64,000 nt of DNA from Octopus vulgaris (GCA_951406725.2 OX597818.1:10230001-10294000); one strand, 5' to 3'. Positions 27,443 to 39,389 are shown, numbered from the stretch's first letter. Numbers and translations: made by a program. Notes: generated from the sequence alone by a model not told the origin.

Positions 27443-28302
27443 GTGCGGTGAATAAATTGTGGTCAAAATTAAACAAAAATGAAAATGACACTGATACCTC
27501 ATTTTAACAGATATGTTTACAATTGTATTAAAATATTTTGAAATACTGAAGAGTAAATTTATTCAATAAAATTGCCATTGGCTTCAACCACGGTCTCCAG
27601 GCAACTTCAGAATCTCCTGCAATTCTTCTGGATGGTCTCCTTGTTCAAGTTGGGGAATGCTACCATAAACCTTGCCTTAAGTTCATCTTTGGTGTTACAA
27701 GGAGTTTTGTTGGTCTCTCGCACAACTACGCCTCAAACATAATAAATAATCAAGTGGGGCGTAGTCTAGGGAGATAGGTGGCCAGATGTTAGGGGTGATG
27801 TGGTCGCAGAAATTGTCTGACAGCCATGACTGGGTTCTTCTGCTTGTGTAACATGGGGCAGAGTCCCGTTGTTAGACATAGTGTGTTCCAGCAGCCACAC
27901 TCTTAACCCAGAAAAACAATGCCTCCTCCAGGCAATTATTGAAGACCTCTGTGTTGAGACTGAGGCCGTGTAGGAAGATAAATGGAGGTATAAGGTCGCC
28001 ATCACTAGAGATTACTCCAAACACCATGATGTTGACTCTCATGTCCTGAGATCACACTATCCTTAGATTGACAGCCAAACTCTCTGAAACGTTCCTATTG
28101 GAGCTTCCGGTGCGAATGCCAAGCAGTACAGCATGTCCTTTTCAAATTTCTGGCAAAGTGAATTGCGCCATGGTGTCTTTTTTGTCACAAACGGTGCGCA
28201 ACTGACCCTACTATACTGAGTAGTCGACGAAATTAAAAACAAACAATGTGCATGCACGAAATAGAATATATGAAACAGTGACTATTTACCCATCGCACCC
28301 TA
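27443..28302 (-). mobile_element. Tc1/mariner-superfamily DD37D (maT) transposon, internally deleted
   Basis: QRDSAPCY...WPPISLDYAPLDY with 37 residues between the second and third D; C-terminus EANGNFIE*; imperfect TIRs GTGCGGTGAATAAATTGT / ACTATTTACCCATCGCACCC. Confidence 0.8.
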
Positions 28303-28449
28303 TATATCTATCTATATATATCTATCTAGAGTAAACAAGAGAGACAGAGAAAGGCAGAAACTAGGAAAATGCCACTTATATTTAAACACTATACAAATAT
28401 TCTTTTAAAAAACTTTTCTTTTAATTTTTCTAAATTTAATTATTGTTAA

Positions 28450-28483
28450 AGTTAAAAAGGTCTCAATGACTGAAACCGGTACT
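28450..28483 (+). ncRNA. Decayed minimal hammerhead motif
   Basis: AG-TTAAAAA (CTGAAGA with three transitions)-GGTC-TCAAT-GACT-GAAAC-CG-GTA-CT; palindromic stem III ACCGGT. Confidence 0.45.
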
Positions 28484-28623
28484 GAAATGTTCTTTATAAA
28501 ATTATTTTAGCATTTTCTATCCGGACTTATTTTTTCATATATATATATATATATACATGAAAAGATAGCACCGGCAAATTGCTAGAAATATATATATATA
28601 TATATCTTTATATATATATATAT

Positions 28624-28755
28624 ATTTATTATATAGAAGGAGCTTCTACAGGACTAGAACTGTTTCATTCAAGAGAAATCTTCAGGAAGCTTCCTGAAGA
28701 TTTCTCTTGAATGAAACAGTTCTAGTCCTGTAGAAGCTCCTTCTACATAATAAAT
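28624..28755. repeat. Palindrome with no spacer (perfect over 28634-28745, centre 28689/28690)
   Basis: 56-bp arms are exact reverse complements; extends to 66 bp with one mismatch. Confidence 0.95.
28688..28738 (+). ncRNA. Type I hammerhead ribozyme motif (mirror copy on minus strand, 28641-28691)
   Basis: AGCUUC-CUGAAGA-U-UUC-UCUU-GAA-U-GAA-ACAG-UUCUAGUC-CUGU-A(17)-GAAGCU: 6-bp stem I, 4-bp stem III, GUA triplet (cleavage after 28732). Confidence 0.75.
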
Positions 28756-28842
28756 TAATTTTACTCTGCTATGTATTGAGTACCTTATTTACTGTGGTTA
28801 ACCCTGAATCAACCCGGGACCTACATATATATATATATATAT

Positions 28843-29268
28843 ATAAATAAAAGAATTCAACCTTGCTCTGATTTTCACGTTTTATTTACAATCTTATAAT
28901 GATATATTATAAGATAATATATTATAATTGAGTAAAATAAAATGAAATAGTAGAATGTTAAATATTCATTCTGATTGAACTAGTACTTTCATGCATTGAA
29001 TTCTGCAATCTTCGGGTTCATGTAGTAGTGTTGACAGTCATGCGTCAAAAATTTTGACAGTCAAAAATTGTGAAGCATGACTGTCAACACTACTACATGA
29101 ACCCGAAGATTGCAGAATTCAATGCATGAAAGTACTAGTTCAATCAGAATATATTTAATATTCTACTATTTCATTTTATTTTATATTATAATATATTATC
29201 TTATAATATATCATTATAAGATTGTAAATAAAACGTGAAAATTAGTGGAATTCTTTTTATTAATATAT
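28843..29268. repeat. Long inverted repeat (~200-bp arms, 31-bp spacer 29044-29074)
   Basis: Inner ~76 bp of the arms are exact reverse complements; outer parts differ by small indels; flanked by (TA)n. Confidence 0.95.
29098..29142 (+). ncRNA. Minimal type I hammerhead motif, U4C variant (mirror copy on minus strand, 28976-29020)
   Basis: UGAAC-CCGAAGA-U-UGCA-GAAUUCAA-UGCA-U-GAA-AGUACU-A(17)-GUUCA: 5-bp stem I, 4-bp stem II, palindromic stem III, CUA triplet. Confidence 0.65.
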
Positions 29269-29292
29269 TCTTCTATACACAATCACACACAC

Positions 29293-29353
<61 letters not shown>

Positions 29354-29563
29354 GTGTAGGAAGAAATGGAGCTGAACGAAGATTTAACAAAATTCCTTTT
29401 TATTATTTTCTACATATGTTTCAAAGGCTGCAAAGTCCCTAATTCGGATTAAAGGCCCCATGGTCGTAACCTCAACCGTACTTTTCTGTTGTGATTTTTG
29501 CTACCCAGGTATCGGTTATCATGTGAATAATCCGTAATAAGATAATTCATTTATCTACTTCAA

Positions 29564-29617
<54 letters not shown>

Positions 29618-29737
29618 TATTTGTATGCGCGGTGTGTGAGAGTACATATACATAAAATGAAACTACACACGATTTTTCCTCCTTTTTGTTTTTCTTTTGT
29701 ATTTTCCTATGTCTCCTGTTTCCGATGAAGAACTTAT

Positions 29738-30062
29738 TCGAACAAATCGTTCCCAGGACTTATTCTTTGTAAGCCTAGTACTTATTCAATCGGGCTGTTT
29801 TGCCGAACCGCTAAGTTACAGGTAAGTAAACACACCAACATCGGTTGTCAAGTGATGGTAGGGGGGGGATCAAAGACAGACACATGCACACATAAACATA
29901 TACGACGGGCTTCTTTCAGTTTCCCTCTATCAAATCCACTCACAAGGCTTTGGTTGGCTCAAGGTCACAGTAGGAGACACTTGCGCAAGGTGCCATGCAG
30001 TGGGACTGAACCCAGAACCAAGTGGTTGGGAAGTAAGCTTCTTATCACACAGCCACGCCCGA
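29738..30062 (-). mobile_element. SINE family A
   Basis: Reverse complement of family A; 3' tail lost at the junction with an HHR remnant. Confidence 0.85.
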
Positions 30063-30618
30063 GCTAAGATATATATGTGTGTGCGCGTGTGTGTGTGTGT
30101 GTGTGTATTTATATATACATACACCTATATAATTATATGATATCGCATAGTTTAGAATATTGCTGCACACCCACATTATTATTTGTGTCTGCGTGGATGA
30201 CGATTGCAGTCGAGGCTAGCACAGCGGGCGGCTAGTACTGATAGTACGGTTGCCAAGCGAGCTAAGATGCAGCATGAGATTTGCTATTCTCTGCACTTTC
30301 TACTAATGGTGGAAGAGAGGTTAGTGAAGTTAATATATGCGTGTATATGAGCGTATGTGTGTATTTTATGTTTGTATGCATTCAGTGGATTGATGTTGTT
30401 CTTAGAATGGTGTTATAGACAGAATGCCGTACAGTATTTCCGTTATGGCAGGGTATTGTCTTAGAACGTAGACTGTGATACCTTGAGCTTCCGGTAGCAA
30501 TACCTCTGTCTCTCGTACGTCTTGGTGGTTTTTTTCATTTTCAGTGGATTTTTTTCCGATGATGCTGGCAATTTGGTGTGATATTAGGTAACTCAAAAAA
30601 ATTTAACAAAATAAGTAT

Positions 30619-31014
30619 AGGCGTAGGAGTGGCTGTGTGGTAAGTAGCTTTCTCACGAACCACACGGTTCCGGGTTCAGTCCCAGTGCGTGGAACCTTGG
30701 GCAAGTGACTTCTACTATAGCCTCGGGCCGACCAAAGCCTTGTGAGTGGATTTGGTAGAGGGGAACTGAAAGAAGCCCGTCGTATATGTGTGGGTGCGTG
30801 TATATACGTTTGCGTGTCAGTGTTTGTCCCCCAACATCGCTTGACAACCCATGCTGGTGTGTTTACGTCCCCGTAACTTAGCGTTTCGACAAAAGAGACC
30901 GATAGAATAAGTACCAGGCTTACAAAGAATAAGTCCTGGGGTCGATTTGCTCGACTAAAAGCGGTGTTCCAGCATGGCCACAGTCAAATGACTGAAAGAA
31001 GTAAAAGAGTAAAA
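30619..31014 (+). mobile_element. SINE family A, full length
   Basis: GGCGTAGGAGTGGCTGTGTGG...GGTTCAGTCCC...canonical tail. Confidence 0.9.
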
Positions 31015-32057
31015 GGATTATAGTTATTAGTAAGTAGTTTGGGTTTTGAGTCAATAAGGCAGCTCCTATGACAAGTGTATTTTGGCAGTACATCTGGTCG
31101 ATCGAGGCTTTATAACCAAATTTTAACGAAAACTGCATCCAAATATCTCAGAGTAACCATTCCTGGTTTTTTTTTGGGGGGGGTGACGTAATCTAGTTTG
31201 ATATCACCACCAGGCCACCGGGTGCCTCTAGGTGAAATCACTATTCTGAAAGCATTCAATACAGTTCTCCGCTCTTACGGTTACTTATTCCTTTTTCCTA
31301 CATGTCTTAGATGTGACACTTCTGATTACCCATATGTTTGAATGAGTTCAGGTTAAATGTGTTACAGGACAAATAGTCTGTCAATAGCAAGTCCGACGTT
31401 GAGCGGAGGTGGAATTCGCCGAATCCTGCAAGAGTTTCCCTTCTTGCATACGTTGAAAGATAGATAGATAGATCGATAGAGAGAGAGGGAGATAAAAAGA
31501 CAGACAGACCGATATGGACATACCTATATACATACATAGTTATACACGAAGGCTTAGACACATACATACATACATACATACAGACAGACAAATATACATA
31601 CATATACATACATATGTACATACATACGTACACACATATACACATACACACACACACACACAAACGCAATGCTTTATTGCCTTTTGATGTACAGTAAAAC
31701 AAGCGATGTTGTCTCCTGACGGACCCAATAAGCAACATAGATTAGCTACAATGTAAATTACTCATAAAGTAGGGAAGCATCATAGAGTGACTGTTTTTCA
31801 TAGCTGAGTAGTTGTCGACTCATCATAAATTTAACTAGCTATTCAATGCACCACGCATTCCAATCAGAACAACCCAAATATATTTAAACATTATGAAGCT
31901 ATATTGATCACTCCTATTGTTTGTAGAAGGAAGTCAAGTGCATCTTCTCTGAGGAGCAGTCAGAAACCTTTGAAACAGTCCTTCAGGAGATTCCCTCTGA
32001 CTTCCATCCGGCAATACCATAGGAAGAATGTGAGGATTTACGATATTTAAATTTATT

Positions 32058-32272
32058 AAGGCAGTGAGCTGGCAAAACCGTTAGGGTGTCGGATAAAATT
32101 TTTAGCGGCATTTCTTCTGGCCCTTTATGTTCTGAGTTCAAATTCTGCGGTGATCAACTTTGCCTGCCATCCTTTTGGAGTCGATAAGAAGAAGTACCAC
32201 TTGAGCATTAAGGTTGCTGTAATCGATTCCCGCTTCCCTAAAAATTGCTAGCCTTCTGACAGAATTAGAAAG
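32058..32272 (+). mobile_element. SINE family B
   Basis: Head, B-box GAGTTCAAATTC and body motif present. Confidence 0.75.
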
Positions 32273-32811
32273 ACATGGCTAAATTTAATTTACTTCAGTT
32301 TCTTTGATTTATGCTGCGGTGTGTACAAAGTAATTCTGTCTTTGTCTCGGTCAACTTACAAAGTGATGTATATATATATATGTATGTATGTATGTACGAT
32401 AAACAGAATGTAACGCAGTAAGGAAGGAAAGATAAGTAAAGAAGAGGAATGAAAAGAGATAAGTAAAGAGAAGGAAACAAGGAGAGATTAATAAAGAGAA
32501 GGGGCACAAGAAATAAAAACAAGAGTGACAATAAAGAAAGTGAGTGTGGCGATATCAGCATGTCGTTAAAATCATTCTGTGAAATATAGGATTTTAGTTG
32601 AGAGCCAATCATTCGATTCTACTTTAGGACTGCATACTGAAGAACTGGCTAGAGAGTTTTCATTAAGCGAACAGCTATAAGAGTTCATGAAATTACAAGT
32701 GCGCTCGGTGATGATATTACCACCATTGAGTTTGCCTCTTTCGGTTTCTACGTTTGGAAGCTATATATCTGTTGTTTGACAGATGGCAGTTTGCATTAAT
32801 GGAATGTGACA

Positions 32812-33120
32812 GAGCTGAAGAAATTTTTCAACCGATTCTGATGAAACTTGACACACGCATAGCCCAATGTCATAATTCAAAACTAACGCAGCCAAAATTT
32901 TGAAAAGTTCCCCCAGTTCTGAAAAAAATCGATAAATTCGACATGGGGTCGAGAATCAGAAACACGAACCACAAACTGTCTAGGGGACGCAACTCAATCC
33001 TTTTTTAACTCTCAAAAAAAAATTTACCATATTTTTTTCCATTTTTTGGCTATAACTCTCTAAAAATGCTTTATAGTTATTTCCCTTACAAACCTGAGCA
33101 ACGCCGGGCGATACTGCTAT
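32812..33120 (+). mobile_element. Non-autonomous Helitron remnant
   Basis: 3' hairpin CCTGAGC-AAC-GCCGGG 8 nt before CTAT (expected CTAG); TTTTTCAACCGATTCTGATGAAACTT resembles 5' subterminal motifs of metazoan non-autonomous Helitrons. Confidence 0.6.
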
Positions 33121-34372
33121 CTGCATATAAATTGTATCTTATCTAAAAGAAATGTCCACTATGATTAAATGCTGCTACATTTGAAGATACACAGTAAAAT
33201 CACGGAGGATATTTATTGGGTGATTATAACCCTTATTAATATAAATTGACTCTTCATTGGCTATATAATATATAAAAATTTTATAAGCGTTTAAAATATA
33301 ATTGTTAGCTAATCTAGAAAATTAACTTTTGCAATGTTTCTCTCGATAGTAATTTATTCATCTAATTCTCAGAAAAATTAATGTTTTACTATCGAAATCT
33401 TACATTGGAGAAACAGACAATAAATTTGAAATAAAATATTGCTCTCATAGACATTAGTAAGTTAGCAGGAACAGAATATTTTTGACTGGTCTTTAAGGAT
33501 GTATTATTTCTTTTGCGCTTGCTTACAAGCATGGTAACAACAGAAATAAACTGAGTTGTCATATTTTATCTCGTAAAAAAAAGGTGTTATTATTTACATA
33601 CAACAATAACAGCTTGCATTCCAGAAATTATATTATCTGCAATTACTTGCATAAAGCAAAATATCAGTTAAGTAATTTTCAAAAGACAGAGCTACCATAG
33701 AAATTTTTTAAAGATTTGTTTATGAGACTCGCTCGTTTGTTACTTTCATATTCGTTTTCCATTCTCTTTACCTATTTCTCTTTTCTTGCTCCGTTGCAGA
33801 CTGGAAAAGAGAGGAGCGGAAAGACAGAGAGAAACATGAGACAAAGAGACAGAAATACAGAGAGACTAAAGAAACAGAGAAAAGGTTCAGATGGCGTTTC
33901 CAAATTATTTTTTCCTAGTTATACATTTGATAAACCGCTATATCACTTCCTCTCCACCTAATGCTCTTCCATCATTATAATAATATTTTGTAGTATTCAA
34001 GTTGGGAAGACTTTTTTGCAAATGGCCTAATATACCCCAAATTAGTATGATTCACTTATACTATCATTATCTTACTTCTATTAAGTTTGTTGTTTTTTAG
34101 TTTGTTGAACTTAAATTTTGGATATACTTTCAAATATTGTTTCTATTTTATTTTGTCTTTACATATACATTCAAACAATCGCTTCTTCTTTTGTTCTGTG
34201 AATATTCTTATAAAGGTTTCTTGTATCATGTTATAATGCTCGTTCAGAGAACGGAGCCATGAGACTCATAGTTTCGAATCTGAAGCTCCAGCTTCCAAAC
34301 AAGAATACATGTGCATGTGTGTGTGTGTTGTATATATAAATACGCATGTACACATATGTTTACGTGTATGTG

Positions 34373-34407
<35 letters not shown>

Positions 34408-34534
34408 ACTGTATGAATGTGGTTGCTTGCAAATGCAGTTGTATACACACACACATATTTACATGTAAGCGCATATGTATGTAAGTATGCATGTATTAGA
34501 GAGAGAGAAAGTGAGATAAAGCGAGAAATATATA

Positions 34535-34598
<64 letters not shown>

Positions 34599-35070
34599 CA
34601 GAGAAAGAGAGAGAGGGGAAGAAAGGGAAAATGTAAGAACGACTGCGCATGAAATTAAGGGAAAGGTAAATACAGATAGAGAAAGAAGGAGAGAGAGAGG
34701 GAAAAGGGCAGGAGAGAGAGAGAGAGAGAGTAAAATGTAAATATATGAATATGTATTTGTGATAATGAGTGGGAGAGGTGAATACGTTTGCTAGCTGCAG
34801 CAAAGATCGTCGATCTGGTGCTTAAGAAGCATGTCTGCCTATGACTGATGCTAAAATCTTGTTGAACCATTTACTGAATACCAATATTTATCCATTTCTC
34901 TTGCTTTGTATAGCGGTAAAACAGCAAGATTGATGGAATTACCTCGACTTCTTCAACACTAAACTTTTTGATGTGTGTTTGTGTGTGTATGAGATGTTTT
35001 CGCACAAGCTTCTGATGTATCTGTGTATCTGTCTGGGAAGCTGTATGTATGTGCATATATGTGTGCGTGG

Positions 35071-35129
<59 letters not shown>

Positions 35130-35254
35130 TGTGCATGGGGTGGCTGTGGGCTGGCTGGCCGTGTGATGTATCTGACTCTTCGCATTTGTGATTGTGTATA
35201 TGTATATATTCTAGCTTTGTTCCTTACTTGCTTGTGTAAGTGCATGTGTATGTA

Positions 35255-35294
<40 letters not shown>

Positions 35295-35714
35295 AGTGTG
35301 TGTGTGTGTGTGTGCGTGTGTGGTGTCTATATATCTCTCTTTGACTCATGTGCATATATTTATGAAATGGGCATGCGTAGGCTTTTGCATGTCTTTAAGT
35401 GAGTCCATTACATGTATGCATAAGATAGACAGTGGCCGTTTGTCATGCTTGTGTGTATGCGTTCTCTCTCTCTCTCTCTCTCCCGCCTTTTCTCTTTCTT
35501 TCTCCCTTTCTCTTTCGCTCTCTTTCTTCCTCCCATTCTCTTTCTATCGCCCTAGTAGCAAAATGCCCCCCACCACCACCACCACACACACACTCAACCC
35601 AAACTTTCTGCAAGTTAGATTTATCTTGACGTATCCTGAACAGTAGTTCGAGAGACTTCCACGTTAACAATTTATGTTTTTCCGGAGATTCTCAAGATTC
35701 TAATTTGCTTAATT

Positions 35715-36210
35715 CCTTTCTTCTCCTTCATTTCTTCTTTCTCTTCTTTTCTTCTTCTCCTTCATCTCTTCTTTCTTTTCATTTCTTCTTCTCCTTCATC
35801 TCTTCTTTCTTGTTTTCTTTCTCTTCTTTCTCGTCTTTTTTCTCCTCTTTTCTTTTCCTCTTTCTTCTTTCTCTTCTTTTCTCCTTTTTCTTCTACTTCT
35901 TTCTTTTCTTCTTTTCTTCTTCTTTCTCTTTTCTTTTCTTCTTCTTCTCTCTCTTCTCTTCTTCTTCTTCTTCTTCTTCTTCTTCTTCTTCTTCTTCTTC
36001 TTCTTCTTCTTCTTCTTCTTCTTCTACTACTACTTTCTCTTCTTCTTTGTCTTCTCCTAATTCTTCTTCTTCTTCTTCTTCTTCTTCTTCTTCTTCTTCT
36101 TCTTCTTCTTCTTCTACTACTACTACTTTCTCTTCTTCTTTGTCTTCTCCTAATTCTTCTTCTTCTTCTTCTTCTTCTTCTTCTTCTTCTTCTTCTTCTT
36201 CTTCTTCTTC
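35715..36210. repeat. Polypyrimidine/(TTC)n tract with a duplicated ~90-bp block
   Basis: TACTACTACTTTCTCTTCTTCTTTGTCTTCTCCTAA occurs at ~36025 and ~36118. Confidence 0.9.
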
Positions 36211-36492
36211 ACTATCACCCTCATCATAATATACTTCAATTAATAGCAGCAGCATCTCTCTTTCCGCCTAAGTCTCTCAGATTGTAGTTTCATAATATAT
36301 GCCCATGCAAACTTAACAATTTGAGCAAACATAGATGTATATGGGTGCATACGTATATCTCTGTATTTGTGCGTATGTGTGTGTGCGTGTGCCTTTCTGT
36401 GTCTCTGTGTGTGTAGCTATATGAGTATGTACGAGATTGTAAACTATCATAAAGACATGGTCGTGTTGATACAAGCGTACAAATACTTTCAT

Positions 36493-36542
<50 letters not shown>

Positions 36543-36567
36543 AATGAGAGTTGGCTCTCTTATATTT

Positions 36568-36606
<39 letters not shown>

Positions 36607-36699
36607 GACGTATGCTGAACAAATAGATAGATATAGATATAGATGTAGATAGATAGATACACACATACATACATACATACATACATGTATACACGCACG

Positions 36700-36746
<47 letters not shown>

Positions 36747-36749
36747 GGG

Positions 36750-36822
36750 GGACGGAACCCGGAACCATGTGGTTGGGAAGCAATCTTCTTACTACACAAC
36801 CACACCTCTCACTTCCTGTACG
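36750..36822 (-). mobile_element. SINE family A, head only
   Basis: GAACCCGGAACCATGTGGTTGGGAAGC...CACAACCAC. Confidence 0.7.
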
Positions 36823-37936
36823 GATGCACACACACATACACACACGCGTTCACACGGAATAGAATAAATAAATCGAATCAAATATATTCTCGCAAATTTG
36901 GAGCCTTAACGCCACGGTAAAGGTATAGTTTTTTTAGAATATAAATGGATTCTCTTCTCCAAATTCTGTAATGCATCCACTCTAAAATTTTAAGACTACT
37001 TGTTGGTCGAGAAAAGCATGTTCTAAAAAGTTACATATAGAGTGTTTAATGAAAAATAATGAAGTATCAAAATTTCCAAATTTTGATCTTTTATCCTTAC
37101 CAACCAATATCTCAAGTATGATAGTAAACATTAAAATTGTATATGTAGTAAATGGACGATGCGTTTGTTTGGATTTTTTTTTCTTTGTAGTAACAATTTT
37201 GAAAAGTATTTAAAATATCAAGAAGTATACTTTTAGGTTTCTTGAAAATGGAAGCGTACAAGAAGTTACTTTTGATGTTTAAATCAAAAGTTGTGTGTAA
37301 ATACTTCTAATTACATCTTCGTCAGATCATGGTTATTTTCTTTCTTTTGTCAGATGATGTCTTCAAAGAAAAAAAAAAGAAACAGAAAATAAAAAGGAAA
37401 TACTATGCGAATGTAGATGTTAAAAATCAAATTACAATTCATCGTGAAAAAGACGAAGAAGAAGGGAAGGAAGAGGAGAAAGAAAAGAAAATAGATACAC
37501 ACTTCCAGGAACTGGTTGTTCTACAAGGAAGGATGGATCTGGTGGTGTTAGAAGAGCTACATATTACAAATGACAAATATTTTAAATTCTTACATGTACA
37601 AATAAAGGAATAAGTAAATGAAATAAAAATACAATAATAAAGCTTGCAGCTGCTGCGAAGGGGTTTTAGAATTTTAGAATTGTTGACTACCAGACTGTTT
37701 CCAGAAGGATCGTTGCATGAAGGTTAATGATTTTGCCTCGAAAAAAAAACAGATGTGCTAGAGAGCTCTTAATATTAAAAATATATATTTAAGGCAAAAC
37801 TCGGACGTTTTGCCCGAGTACGGTACATAAACTGATGCTCTGCACAGGCAAAGGCAGTCATGGCCAAGATCTTGAAGGACGCACATATCGTTGTGAACGC
37901 GATACCTTCACACACAAACACACACACACAAACACA

Positions 37937-37977
<41 letters not shown>

Positions 37978-37994
37978 GCACACATACACACACT

Positions 37995-38344
37995 GACCAA
38001 AACCTTGAGAGTGGATTTGGTAGACGGTAACTGAAAGAAGCCCGTCGTGTGTGTATGTATGTATGTATGTATGTATGTATGTATGTATGTATGTATGTAT
38101 GTATGTGTGTGTGTTTTCGTGTGTGTCTAAGTGTCTGTGTTTATCCCCCACCAACGCTTGACAACGGGTGTTGGTGTGTTTACGTCCTCATAATTTAATG
38201 GTTCGGAAATGATACTCATAGAATAAGTACCAAGCTTTTTTTTATATACAGGGGTCGATTCATTTGACTAAAATTCTTCCAGATGTTGCTCCAACATGGC
38301 CGCAGTCTAATGAATGAAACAAGTAAAAGAATAAAAGAATAAAA
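37995..38344 (+). mobile_element. SINE family A, 5'-truncated
   Basis: GTGGATTTGGTAGACGG...tail GAAACAAGTAAAAGAATAAAAGAAT. Confidence 0.8.
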
Positions 38345-38648
38345 GGTATCTTTGCAAATGTATATAATGAGCGCCAGCGCGTGCATTTACATAGAGAGTG
38401 AAAGCATATGTAGAGGTATGAGTAAAGAAAAAAAACTCGAAAATAGGAAATGGAGAGATGTTTATTTGGGAAAACAACATGCGTGAAGTAGAATCATAGA
38501 AAATTATGGAGGCGGGCAATAGAAAAAGAGAGAGACTTAGAAAGGGAGAATGTGGGAAAGGGGAATGAGAGAGAGAGAGAAATATAATCACATAAGGTGA
38601 TGATGGCGATGCTATGTGCGCGTTTGTGAGTTAGTATATCAGTTTCTT

Positions 38649-39047
38649 AAGGCGGCGAGCTAGCAGAAACGTTAGCACGCTGGGTGAAATGCTTAGCGGT
38701 ATTTCGTCTACCGTTGCGTTCTGAGTTCAAATTCCGCCGAGGTGGACTTTGCCATTCATCCTTTCGGGGTCGATAAATTAAGCACCAGTTGTGCACTGGG
38801 GTCGATGTAATTGACTTAATCCCTTTGTCTGTCCTTGTTTGTCCCTTCTGTGTTTAGCCCCTTGTGGGCAGTAAAGAAATTGGTATGTCGTCTGTCTTTA
38901 TGTTCTGGCTTCAAATTCCGCCGAGGTCGACTTTGCCTTTCATCCTTTCGGGGTCGATAAATTAAATACCAGTTGCATACTGTGACTGATCTAATCGACT
39001 GTCCCCACCTCCCCCAAAAATTTGAACCATGTGCTTAGAGTAGAAAA
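38649..39047 (+). mobile_element. SINE family B dimer (tail type 1 then tail type 2)
   Basis: Body TTCAAATTCCGCCGAGGT...CATCCTTTCGGGGTCGATAAATTAA occurs twice (~38726 and ~38910) with different 3' ends. Confidence 0.85.
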
Positions 39048-39235
39048 CTATGTCAGTTTCTTGTTTGAAAGTAGGCGTGAGAGTCAGAATGTTTGTATGT
39101 GTATGCCTGGATACGTAGAGGATAGGTCCGTATCTGTTTGTAGAAAGTGTGAAAAGAAGAAAACTAGATAGGCAGACAGATAAACTGACAGATATGCAGA
39201 TAAATCGACGGAGAGACAGACAAACAGACAGACAA

Positions 39236-39278
<43 letters not shown>

Positions 39279-39323
39279 TGTAAATATGCAAACAGCCGAG
39301 AGCTAATAAGAAGGAAAGAATGA

Positions 39324-39389
<66 letters not shown>

